DNA of 64,000 nucleotides from the human T2T-CHM13v2.0 reference genome, Homo sapiens: assembly GCF_009914755.1 (NCBI RefSeq), contig NC_060930.1. The stretch is one strand, 5' to 3'. Every line of letters starts with the position of its first letter. The first letter of the stretch is position 1. This document shows, one piece after another, positions 15,787 through 28,447 of the stretch. The notes beneath the pieces are model-generated. The model was not told the DNA's origin. It worked only from the letters and a program-made list of their open reading frames with translations, and ran no database searches. Position numbers and translations under genes: made by a program.

Positions 15787-16470
15787 AGATGAACAAGACT
15801 AAATCTTCTTCTTGAAGAAACCTGACAGTTTGGTAAATGTTACCTTTGTATGTTTTGAAATTGTACTGGAATAACACCTGTCAAATGGAAAGAGGAGCAG
15901 GTGCTCTCTAGGCAGAGGAGAGAATAGTCAGAAAAGGGAACAGCATGTGCAAAGGCCTCAAAGCTCCAAGGGTCAAGTAGTGGAGAGAATGTGTCAGCTG
16001 CCACACATGCAGGACTCAACCCAGCTACCCCAGCGGCTTCATGCAGTAATTCAGAACCAAAGCATTGCTAATCGGTCTATTGCATGGCCCAGGAAACCGA
16101 CGTAGAATAATTCCTTTTTTTTTTTTTTGGAAATGGACATAGAATTTAAACCAGTCAAAGAAGCGACAAAATAATTAAAACAAGCTACATAGAAATTTTT
16201 GCTTCTGTCATTAATTTGTTGTATTAACCAACAAACTAATTATTAGAAGCAAATCGTTGCTTCTGTTATTGGTTTGTTAGTATTAATTTCTAGAAATTAC
16301 TGGATTACAGATTTGTTAACCTCCATTTCCAGGTTGCTCTTTTGAAAGATTTTATCAGTTAATCACACTAGCAGCATATGAGAGTACTACTTTTGTCAGA
16401 GTCAGAAATTCGAAAAGGTGATTACTCACTCTTCAGTTTTGACCTATCAGCCCTTTGTTTCAATGCTTTT

Positions 16471-17136
<666 letters not shown>

Positions 17137-17469
17137 TCAGTGCTTTTAATATACAGTTTTCCTTTCTTCACTATTCCTAAGTAGGTAAACAGCTTTTTTG
17201 TGATTCTGGTTCAATTTTACTTTATACTATTGAGTAATGTTTTCAAAATATTCTGAAAAAGGTTGATCATGTTGTTTGACTTGGCATTATTTCTGTGTTC
17301 ACCTTTTAAAATTCATTAACCGGATCACCTTCAAATATGTTAAGTACATTTTATTATGTGTTTCTTTTTCCAGCCAAAAAGCCAACAATATATATTGAAC
17401 CAAAATTTGAGTGTTTTATTACCATGAATACATGTAGGTAGCCCTGTATGTTTACAGTGTAGCACAAAC

Positions 17470-17560
17470 CCTTTTACTTGTGTAATTAATGCCTCCAACA
17501 CCAGTGTTGTCCTTATTTCCGTTTAACAGGTGAGGAAACTGAGGCAGAAGTCTTATGATT
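17470..17560. mobile_element. MIR fragment
   Basis: tttaacaggtgaggaaactgaggcag core. Confidence 0.7.
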
Positions 17561-17674
17561 TTTCTTAATCATTCTTAATCATAGCTATGTGTACTATGAT
17601 CCACTAAGGTTTTTAGTGCAAGGTGTTTATCAAATAAGTCAGTATTTTTTAATTTAAAAAATTCATGTAGAATA

Positions 17675-17979
17675 CAGTAGTCCGCCCATATCCATGGGTG
17701 ATACATTTCAATACCCTCCGTGTATGCCTGAAACTGTCGCTATTACCAAACCCTGTATATACTGTGTTTTTTGCTTATACATAAATACTGTACAGTGCAG
17801 AGCATTCACGTCCTGGGCAGGATAGTTCAAGGTTTCAGCATGCTACACAAAATGGTGTGCAATTTAAAAGTTATGAACTGTTTATTTTGGGGATTTTTAA
17901 ATTTAATATTCTCAGACCTTGGTTGACCATGGCTGACTGAAACCTTGGAAATCTAAAATCCGGATAAGGAGGGCTACAG
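17675..17979 (-). mobile_element. MER44-family (Tigger7-derived) DNA transposon
   Basis: TIRs cagtagtccgcccatatcc / ggataaggagggctacag, TA on the left flank, internal ggggatacatttcaataccc-type and aatttaaaagttatgaactgtttatt motifs. Confidence 0.8.
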
Positions 17980-18859
17980 TGTTGTCTTTTTTGATAGCTT
18001 CTGAATTGGAACAACTACTTTAATTGTAGCCTTAACAACCCAGTTAGTTTCACGAGTTTGCATACCATCACCCAGTCCGGGTCACCCTACTATGTTCTTG
18101 TAATTATTGGTATTATTTTATAATTGTACAGTGTGGCCTTGTTGACATGTTAGCTATCGGGCCAGCCACATGCATTACAAAGTTCAGCACTGTTGGTGTT
18201 TCAGGAATTACCAAGCCTTCTTGGAAAGCATTCAAGCCAGACTGTGTGTGTACCTAATTCTGGTTGGTATAGTGCCAGTGTATTAACTTTTATTTAAATA
18301 AAATTCCAACAGGTAACATTTATTATTACTATACTGCTGTCACAGAGTGCCCACACTTTAATGATGTTTTTGAAAGTCAAATACTAGCACAGTAGATCCC
18401 CTTTCTGCATTAATTTTTATCACACCCTATGTGATATGGTCAATACTACGTAATTTCATCCATATAACACAGAAATATCATTACAAATACATGGCTGATG
18501 CTGTATGATCATTACAATTCTGTATTATGTGAAATTCTCTGGCACCATAACCTTGTACTCTCTTCTATCATACGACAATCCACACCACCCTACCCCTCCT
18601 TTGCGATTAGTAGTTTTGGGGAAATTATTAATAGCGTGGTACTGAAATACCAAGGCACCAACTGGGGTTGGTCTTGGGGTTGAGGTGATAATTAGGTGGA
18701 TGGCAGCCATGAACCTGGGTGTCTGCATAGAATTACTGTGAATATGAGATCCCATCTGAAAATTCTGACTTCTCCTGAATTAGAGTTAGTAGAGTTCCTT
18801 GGTCTCTCTTGTGACATGTTATAGAAGGTCTTTAAACATTTTGAGATTCCAGTGGTAAC

Positions 18860-19400
18860 ATTACTGGTGCAAAATCAAAAGTTGACACCTGCTTTGGAAA
18901 CTGATTTGCCATTCAACTTGTAAATTTGAACATTTGCATATCCAAGGATATCTACCACTTCCAGTCCCAAATATTATCTAAGAGAAACTCTAGTGCATGA
19001 TTTCCAGGAGACTTGCAGAGAGGAATTGCAACATGGTTCATGATAGCAATAAACTAGAAGCGCCTTAGATGCCCTTGGACATGAGAATCATGGTGGAATA
19101 CCTACCATTCATCAGTTGTGTAGTATTATAAATACTCCATTGTGTAATAATGAAAATGGATAGGCAAGCGATATAATAAGCAAGGCCACGGATGGATCTT
19201 AGTAACTTGATGTTGAGTTGGAAAAAACCCAATTCCCATTGGAACCTGTTTTGTAAAGTTTATAATCAAATGCGGTGAAACAAAATGCTATTTATATATG
19301 TTTATGTTATAATATTAAAAAGTTAGCACATAGGCAAGGCTTTAGGTTATGTTTGAGTAGTTTGGTTTGGCAGCGGGTTCACAGATATTCTTTATATCCT
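18860..19400 (+). mobile_element. Old L1M (L1MC/ME-like) 3' fragment
   Basis: ctttggaaa...tatctaagagaaactctagtgcatg...gttcatgatagcaataaactagaa...ggatggatcttagtaac...tgttgag. Confidence 0.6.
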
Positions 19401-21339
19401 TAAAAATTAAAGTGGATTGATTATTCAGAGGACTTTGGTTTAAGATTTATGACTTGCTCTGATATTTCACTGTTGAAACTTAGATGGTGGTGCCTTCAGC
19501 CTATTAATGAACATGGATGGAGCAAAGAAAAGTTCTTCCCCAGTCTTTCCGCCCTCTGCTCTTTCTTGTCTTTAAATATTGTAAGTTGTGTTGTTATTCC
19601 TAAATTGAATCCATTTCTTAGTGTTATTCTTGGTCTTCCAGAGGATGCTGTGAGTCTAATAGGGTAGTTTGCATGTTTCTTCTTTAGTAGGGGACCAACA
19701 TTTCATGTAAACAGTCTAAAACTTATGGCTATTTACAACGGAGAGTTTTGTTAAGTCTCCTTCCTGGCCTGACAGACACAGGACTGACTCGCATGTACTG
19801 TGTTTTAGGAAATATTGCCTGCATGATCAGGAAGTAATGACGATGGTCAGGCTTTTCTTATTTCTTAAAATTTAAATACCCGTTTCTCTTTAATTGACTA
19901 GAATAGGAGGAAGCAGTGGAGATAGGAAAGGGGCAGATAGTGTTTTATTAGTGCTGATGCCTGTGTGCACTCTGAGTGTTTGAGTGACAGAACTGGGGGT
20001 GTTCAGGAAAACCACTAATCATACGTGATTCTGAAACTTCATTTCTGGCCAACTGTTTATGTCTCGGCGTTTCTACTTTTCTTACCAACCTTGCTGAGAA
20101 TTAGCATAATCAGAATATCTGCCTCAGGTCTCCTTTCCAATTCTCTGCTTTGGGTGCTGTTGATCATTGAAGCAGCCAAAAGACATGTCCCAGTAGAAGG
20201 AAGAGGAAAAAGGCCAAATAGTCATCCCCCGAATGTCCTTTAATTGACTCTGTATGACTTACGCTGTAGTGGGGTGCATTCCAAACACTTGTTCACTGTT
20301 AACAGGAACGTGCTGCACTGTAGAGCACTAAATAAGGGTCTGCTCTGGGGGCTCACCCTGGCAGCCATTGGAGAGCACCTCTTCTCCAGCCTTCTATGTT
20401 CTGTAGGGAATTGTATATTGAGGTTACCCCACCCCTTCTTCCCCAGTGCCACTGGGTTCTCGGATAGCCTCCTGTCTGTTGAGACATAGGAGCTACCTCT
20501 GTGACCTTTGCTAAGAGACAAACTTGTTTTTAGCCACAGTTTCATCATCTATGAAGTGGGGGAATTGTAGTAGAGTATCTCTGAGGCCCTATGTATAATT
20601 ATGATTTTAAAGTGGTGGATATCAACTAGACACTGAGGAGGACCATCATCTACCTTCGTGATGTCTGTGTGTGTGTGTGTGTTTATGTACATGTATATAT
20701 ATATTTATGTTTATATATTTTTGATGTAAGAAGTTGTGGCATGTTCATGAGCTTTAATTATTTAGGAAACAAGAGTTGGCCATTGTGGAGAGAATACCCG
20801 CTAGCCTGGGTGACTTCACTCCTGAGCAAAGTTGACATCTACCTTCAGGGTTTTTGTGAGGTATAAATAAGTTACTGTGTGTGAAGTATTAGAACCCAGA
20901 AGGTCCTCGTTAGATGGTTCCACAACTAGGAAAGAAGAAACTGAAAGTATTAGTAAGGCATGTTTCCATTTCCTCTGGATGCATCTGAGGAAAACTTCCA
21001 GTGCCATGTGGACTTGGCCACCATCTTCCTCCCATTGGAAGGGCATGAAGAGAAGCGTGTGGTAGTGTTGAGAGCATGTGTTTTGGACATTATCATTGCT
21101 GGTTGAAGTTCAAAGAAAGGCTTCAAGAAAATTGACTTTAAAAATCAAAAAGCTATAACATATGAAAGGAGATGTGTACTCCAGTTGTCTGAGGCCAGGG
21201 AGCTGGCCAGCCCTCAGTTGGACTCCTGCCTTTTTCACCCCTCCCAGCAGCTGCCAGACCACAGAGCCAGTTCTGTGAAAGATCCTCAAGAAACAATGAG
21301 AGAAAACAGCTTCTGTTTGATTAGATTAGATCAATTTAT

Positions 21340-22124
21340 GTGCCTCGGGGAGGGGCCTGCGCAGGGCAGGGGGAGGGGTGCCCCTCTGTTGTTGGTGGGG
21401 GCAGCGGTGGCCCATGCGGTCACTTCATAAGTAATGAGGCTCCGTGGAAGCTGGAATCAGAGTAAGGGGGAGGGCGGGCTGGAGGAGGAGCATGTGGAAA
21501 GAGATTTCTGCAGTCTGTCTGGAGAGCTGCCCAGGTTTCCCAGCCAAAAAAACAAATAAAAATAAATAAAAGGCAAGTGCTGAATGACACAGATTATGAT
21601 ATTAAAAAGGGATGCCATTGAAACTGCGCCCTGGAGTCCGCTGTCTGTGGGGGTGGGGTGTGCTTGGCAATGGGGTGGGGGCATCTGACCGGCTGGGGAC
21701 ACAAAAGTGTGCACAATTAAACTGTGAATGTCCCCCTCCCCCCATATGTCAGAAATTCTATACTTCGGATTTGTCTGCATTGCAGGTTGGGGAAATGGCA
21801 GGATGAAAAGCTAGTGACTCTTTTCCTTTTTCTCATTTTAATTTATCAGGGTGGGGGGAGCCAGCCGGAGACCCCTCCTCTTTGGTGTTCGATTCCCTCC
21901 CTTGCACATAAATAACCTTCTCTCCTGGCTGCCTCCCCTCCCCCTCGGCCCCATTGCTGTTCTGGCCGTCCTATTGCCGCGCGGAATCTGCACTGCCGCT
22001 TGCTTATTACGTACAGGGGAGGATTGTTGACAAGTGCTCCGGAGCCTGCCTCACTGCGCTCTTCCTCCCTCCCTCCCTCTGTCCTTCTTCCTCTCTGTCT
22101 CTCTGCAATGATCCGGCTCTGAGG
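21340..22124 (+). promoter_or_regulatory. Candidate internal promoter and 5'UTR for the alternative first exon
   Basis: Repeat-free with locally raised GC/CpG. GC box GGGCGG 21472-21477, G-run clusters 21347-21378 and 21649-21681, TATA-like CATAAATA 21907-21914, pyrimidine-rich leader before the ATG. Confidence 0.6.
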
Positions 22125-22191
22125 ATGGCTGCTCCACGGGTCTGTCAGGTGCAGTTTTTGGTGGCTTATCTTGAGGAACCTGGGATAGAAG
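22125..22191 (+). CDS. JARID2: Alternative first coding exon of JARID2 (MAAPRVCQVQFLVAYLEEPGIE-G...)
   Basis: ATG at 22125 in strong Kozak context (A at -3, G at +4), 22 open codons plus 1 nt, then donor AAG|gtctgt at 22192. The phase-1 end matches the exon 3 acceptor, giving ...[14 protein letters not shown] recall this N-terminus from annotated JARID2 isoforms but could not verify it. Confidence 0.75.
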
Positions 22192-22327
22192 GTCTGTTCC
22201 TATAAATAAAAGACAAACCAAATAGCTCTAGATTTGTTTCAGGCTGGTATGGCTTTTGTTGGAGAAATAGGCCTTTGTGGGTTTCCCTGCTGGGGTCCTG
22301 ATTAAATCCATTGTGGATGGCAAGGTG

Positions 22328-22347
22328 CTATATATATATATATATAT
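22328..22347. repeat. (TA)n microsatellite
   Basis: Direct reading. Confidence 0.9.
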
Positions 22348-25300
22348 GAGAGACTATGTAAAAAGTGTTGCAATTTGCTTAATATTAATATTCTTTTAGC
22401 TTTGATATCCTCCCTAGGGGCAATGGTGGCTCCTGCAAAGGCACTGTGGAAATTTACAAGAGAGAATTAATGTCGCTCTTAAAGCATTAAGCTCTGTTGA
22501 CCATTTTGGCCAAAGCTGCAGTTTCAATCAGGCTTGTATGACTTTAGACATTTCTCTGGAGACTGAATGCCATCCAGCTATAGCTGGTCCCTTTTATTTT
22601 ATTACCAATTTATCTGATCATTTCCCAGCATTTAAAAATAAATGTTTGATTAAAGTTAATTAGTTCATCCTCACCATAGCTCTGGTTTCCTTCATAAACA
22701 GCATGTTTGCTTTCATTTCCATTAATCCTTTCTTTTTCTTCCTCCATCATCTTTCCTTGAAAGATGGAGGAAACTGAGGCATGCAAATAGATCCTGAGAC
22801 CTGAAGTGGTTCTGGATTGAGACCTTTAAACTTCGAGTGCTCTTGATTCTTCTCCCGAATTTCGTGCATTAATTCATGTCTGTATTACTGTCTGTAAACA
22901 CAGATGAATTTCAGGAACCTTCAATGTTTGGTGCCTCAAATCTTAGCAGATTCCATGGCCACATTCCTATAGTGCTGCTTTCTGTACTGCTTCCATTCAT
23001 TATATTTCAGTAGTGGAAAGAATGCTGCTCTGGGAGGCAGTAGGCCTTTCTGAAGTTATTTGTTGTCAGCAGTTTTTTTTTTTTTTTTTTACTTTGAATG
23101 GACTACTTAATCCTCTCTGAATATATTCATTTGAAAAGTAGGAGGGCAGTTGATTTCTTGATATGTGAGTGAGGTAATAAGGAAACAGGGGAACTACTGT
23201 CCCTCCTAGTCATGCTACAAAGAAAACAGAACTTAGAACTTCCAAGAGATTCCTTTTATCCTAGGGAATGAAGGCAGCCCAGAGAGGTTTCAGGGCAAAG
23301 GGTGTGGCTGTTTATTTATCTACAAATTATGGTGTCAGTCAGGACACAAAGTTTGTGGAGCTTTGCCCATTTATCATTACAGATTAGTACACAAACCGAT
23401 AACTTTATGGCACTTGTCGATCGAGTTAAAGCAGCAGCTTTGCTTATCTTTGGAGAGCCTGGCTCAAATTGGATACCTGGTTTCTTTTGGTACCTTACAT
23501 TTGTGGGGTAAAGATGATAGGAAGCTTTAGAGACCTAAGTACATACACACTTGTAATTACTTGAAGGTAGAAGAATATCATTAGCTATCTGTGAACATGC
23601 TGTGTTCATGGACATCTCCCTTTGAGAAGTGCAAATTCTGTGAGATGAGAAATCAAATTTGGGCCTGTTAGTTTATCTGAACACAAGACTTTCCACATGT
23701 TGGGCCCATTTATCTGTCTTAGAAAAAATCTCAAAAAAAAATGCCCTTGTGTTTCCGTCTCCTTCATGTGACTGAGTTCCCTTGCTCTGCAGTGATGCCA
23801 TTGTTCTGCCGCTCATGGTTACACATCAGCCTAAGCCCACTGTCGCCTTGAGTCAGTTTTCTTCTGTAGGCGGCTTTTGACCTTGGAGGTGGTCAGTTCT
23901 GGGCCCTCTGTGGTGTGGAATTCTTTTCATGAGCTGATAGAAGCTCGAGTTGCATATCCTAGGGGATTCCAGGGATTTATATTTTGGTGCGTATTTATAA
24001 CTGGGTTGTCTGGTGGGTGTGTGTTTGACTGGGTTGTCAGTGTAAAATTAAAAGGGTGTTGAAATGAAGTGTGGACCCAGAGCAGTTACGGCCTGGGATA
24101 GAGTAGTCATGGGATTGGACACAAAACTAGAACTGCCGATTGTAGAGCATCGTGGGTGTTTATAATTCAGTCATTATTATTATTCTAGGTACTGTACTTG
24201 TTCTGATTGTTATAAAGGTCATATTAAGGATGAAGAAGGAGTGAAGAGGGGAAGAGAGTGGGGAGGATGAGCCCTTGCCCCAAAGAAGTAACAGGGAGTT
24301 GTGCCAAAATGAGCAGTACATTTATGTTCACAGTGGTGATCATCAGAGTTTAAATAGCTTCTGGTCTGTTTGGGAAATCTTTCATGAAGATCACGGCTCT
24401 TTGTTTTTGTGAGAGGTTTTGTGTTGAATAAAGTTAAACTGTCAGCCTTGTTGTCTATTTTTATTTATTTTTGTTGGAGCCTTTCAGTGAGCAGTGTTTT
24501 CTGTCCCCCTGGGATTGTTGGTTAGGATGTACGAAGGGGAGATCTTTTGTCTTTTGGTGGTTCTTACTCATTTGGGGTCTAGAGAGCCAGAATGGGGCCC
24601 ATTCTAGTAGTAGCAGTGTTCTGCTTACCTCTTCCTCTGAGGAAATAGGAGATATCTGCTGGGTTTGTTCCTTTGTAGCTCAAGGCGTTTATTGCCTTCT
24701 GGGGCCCAGGGTCCTATCTTTCTCAAAGAGTCATTTACTTGTTTCTGAAATAGGAAAAAAAGGATAGAGTCAGACATTTTCCTTATCTACCCAGTGACCC
24801 AACTTTTCCATGTTAATAATGAACACTGTGTCAGGTCTTAGTATCTAACGCTTTCTCAAAAAATTGTGCATGCAAAAGAGGTGTAGATTGTTGAAGGTGT
24901 GTCGTGGGGGCGGATTCTGGTGGTGGTGAGAGAGCTCTTGTGAGATTGTTGATTTACAAATCAGTATTTACATCTGTTTTTGCAGGGGTTAAATATAACA
25001 AAAATATGTCCCCCGCGTCCACCTATTCATCCTCCCCATTCCTGCCTCCAAATCTTGGGACTGTTTTAAGTAGTGATGGGTGGGGGTGTTTTTGAATTGT
25101 CTTTTCTTGACCGGAATGGGAAATCTCCATAGCTGATTTGACAGTAGACAAAGGGGAGCCCTAGTCGGCTCAGGGGCTGGTCTCATAAGGGAAAGGGATA
25201 ATTATTTTCCATAAGCCGAGGTATGAAACCACTTTCATTTGTGCCTCGTTGACCACAAGTGTGCCACCGACGTCCTGCCTCATGACTTGGCATTTGTTCT

Positions 25301-25688
25301 CAGTCACACCAGTGTGTTGATCTGGTGAGCAAGTCAGTGGACAAGCCTGGGCTGTGCTCTGCAGACCCTGTGCCCTGCTCGCCCCTCTCCCTGGAGCTCT
25401 GTGCTCCATTGGAAGCTTCACATGCTGACCTGCATGTGTACAGTGATGGGCAAACTCCATGTTCATATTGACCATGCCAAGCAGGCCCAAAGCCAAATCT
25501 GCCCTGGCATCGGAATGCCTACCCTGCTTAAAAAGCAATTCATTTTTTTTTCTCTTTGCAAAACTTGAGTGAACATAACATTTATTTTTCACTATCAATG
25601 GCAGCAAACCATGCATTCTGATGACCTCAGAGAGGGCCCTACCTCAGCCATGGGGGCTGCTTTTATAATTTTTCTATCATCTTAAAGT

Positions 25689-25689
<1 letters not shown>

Positions 25690-25733
<44 letters not shown>
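25690..25733. repeat. (CA)n microsatellite, about 22 units
   Basis: Direct reading. Confidence 0.97.
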
Positions 25734-25737
<4 letters not shown>

Positions 25738-26539
25738 TTGCTGCTGAAAATGAAAGCTGTCTTTGGATGCTTGACTGTTTGATATGTAATGTGATAACCT
25801 TGTCTCACAGTGACAGGGTGACAGACGGCATTGGCTCTATAATACAGAATTACCTTTTGTGCATCTTTTCTACAACAAAGCTAAATACATTGAGTCACCC
25901 TAATATGCTAATGACTTTGGTGTGCTCCAGATGTTTTAGAAGCCCTGGAACAGCCTCAAAGCCCTCCTTGTTTTTCCTTTCTTTTTAACCCTTGTTTTGG
26001 GGCACTGCTTTTGTGGAATAGAGCCATTGGCTTTTCCTTTAGTTTTCTATTGTCATGTATGTGTAGCTAATGAGAGAGGACTGGTAAAACTTCTTTGTGT
26101 CTAAAACATCATAAAATGATACAGACTACATGCTCTAGTCCCTTTTTTTTTCCAGATATTAGAAAAGAGTTGTCTTCTGTCCATACATTTGTGTTCTGAA
26201 ATCTGTCGTTCTCATTGGTTGCTTTAGAAGTTCCTTCAGCTAAAGGAATCTTTGGCCTAATTTGTGTTTCAATTTTCCCAACGCCCATCATATAAGGCAA
26301 GAGGGAGATAGCCATACACTAGTGTCTCCAGTTACCAAGAACAACAGGAATTCCTATTCCATTTTGATGCTGCTGTTCCAGACTCAGAAGCCTGTTTTGT
26401 TGTATTGTTTTGTGCGGTCTTTTCATTTCTTGCTAATTTGGGAGATGCGGTGAAAAGCTCCTGAATGTGCAGAGCTGCTGATGGCAGGGTTCTGTTGTGT
26501 TCAATTTCTTTAGAGTTCTCGGCTGCACAAATGGACACT

Positions 26540-27290
26540 GCCTTGTGGCTAAATGGTCTTGGATCCCAGACGCACTTCTCCCGTCAGCTGATGGTGACTA
26601 GCTGAGGTTGCAGGCACAGTAACCAAGCTGCCTTTACTGCAATGATTTACAATTTTCAGCTCATATTTATTGCTTTTGTGAAAGACAATAGACATGGTTT
26701 AATTTAAGTTCAACCTACTGAATATTAATAGAGGAGAACAAATGCTAATGGGATAGACTGACTCTTTGGGCCATTCATTCAATTTCCTCTGTTTAACCTC
26801 CTCTCCCCAACAAAGGTTTGTGTTGGTCGGGGTGGGGGAGGGGGTTGGAAAAATAAAAACGGTTTGAGTGTGTGAAGGAGGGGATGCCATTTCATTATTT
26901 CTCGTTGACTAAAAATAATAATTTTAACAATTGGTGGCAGGGCTTTGTTAGGGGAGAGAAAAGGCAGTACATTAGCTTGGCTAATGTTATAATAATGGCT
27001 CTGTTGCCCTGTGGCGTCATATTCCATCTTGCTGACCTGGCCCTCCTGGATTGGGCAGGCTGTATGATTGGGCTTAAAACATTCAAAATGAAATGTGGTA
27101 GCCAGTACAGTGGAGATTGGTCGCCAGCGGGGGGGTTAGATAAAGAAAAAGCCCAGGTTTATTTAACCATGTAGGCTGTCTGACTATTAATAAATGTAAA
27201 TGTTTTCTGGGCTGATATATACAGAATGGAAGTACTCACATTGAAAAAGTTGATCACGTGCAGAATAAAGTCAGTCTTGCGCCTTCGTAA
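26540..27290. promoter_or_regulatory. Candidate intronic enhancer
   Basis: Repeat-free motif cluster: MEF2 consensus CTAAAAATAA 26909-26918, four ATTGG (26930, 27050, 27067, 27116), E-boxes (CAGCTG; CACGTG 27255-27260), TGATTTAC PBX-HOX-like site. Confidence 0.4.
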
Positions 27291-27313
27291 GGGCCAGTAA
27301 AATCTATGGTCCT

Positions 27314-27613
27314 GGCCAGGCGCGGTGGCTCACGTCTGTAATCCTAGCACTTTGGGAGGCTGAGACAGGTGTATCACAAGGTCAAGAGATCAAGACCGTA
27401 CTGGCCAACATGGTGAAACCCCGTCTCTACTAAAATTACAAAAATTAGCTGAGCGTGGTAGCGAACGCCTATAGTCCCAGCTACTCAGGAGGCTGAGGCA
27501 GGAGCACTGCTTGAACCTGGGAGGCGGAGGTTGCAGTGAGCCAAGATTGTGCCACTGCGCTCCAGCCTCATGACAGAGCGAGACTCTGTCTCAAGGTCGG
27601 GGGAGAGGGGAGC
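27314..27613 (+). mobile_element. AluSc-like with G-rich degenerate tail
   Basis: tcacaaggtcaagagatcaagacc; TSD ctatgg(t/c)cct 27304-27313 / 27614-27623. Confidence 0.92.
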
Positions 27614-28137
27614 CTATGGCCCTTTAATTTGTATAAAGGCAGTTCCTTATGTATGGGCCCCATTTTATGAATCTGGAACATGAATGTGATTCTCTTCTAG
27701 TTCAGGTACTCATTGCAATCCTCAGAATGGTGGAAAACTTGGAGTTCTTGGAAGATTTAGTTAGATAAGGGCCTGGAACAATGGAGTCAGTACTTTGATT
27801 TCTTTTTGCTCAGTCATGCCTTATCAGAGTAGCCTTATCTGTTTTGCATTTTGCTTACATAAAATCGTTTAATATTCCTAGGTATTTTTCATGTGTAAAA
27901 TCTCTTCATAAAATTACCCCTAATTTATACTTAAGCAATTGATTTGCAGGGTGAGAGGGTAGTTGGGGAGAACATTACACATCTCTTTACATTTATGCAT
28001 CTTAGACATGCACATTTTTTCCAACCTGTTAACTTTTTTGTCTCTATTTGTCACGTTGGCTGATTCTTGTAACTTTGTGACATTTTGCAGGCAAGTGTCT
28101 TTTTTTTTCTGCAAAATTATTGATAAAAGGTACATGA

Positions 28138-28447
28138 GGCCATGTGCGGTTTTCACGCCTGTAATTCCAGTGCTTTGGGAGGTCGAAATGGGCGAGGATT
28201 ACTTGAACCCAGGAGTTTGAGACCAGCTTGGCAACAAAGCAAGACCCCATGTATAAAAAAAAAAGAAAAAAATTAGTGGGGCATGGTGGTGCACACTTGT
28301 AGTCCCAGCCATTCGGGAGGCTGGCTTGAGCCTAGGAGGACTGCTTGAGCCCAGGAGGCTGAGGCTGTTGTGAGCATGTCACCGCACTCTAGCATGGGTG
28401 ACAGAGCAAGACCTTGTCCCTCTGCACCCCCACCCCCCAAAAAACAA
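28138..28447 (+). mobile_element. AluJ-like with short internal duplication
   Basis: gcttgagcctaggagg repeated as gcttgagcccaggagg; followed by a MER5-like remnant to about 28550. Confidence 0.88.

Noticed and set aside
21954-22124. N-terminal extension of the alternative exon ORF from the track's start at 21954
   Set aside because: That start is TTG, not ATG; the first in-frame ATG with a strong context is 22125.
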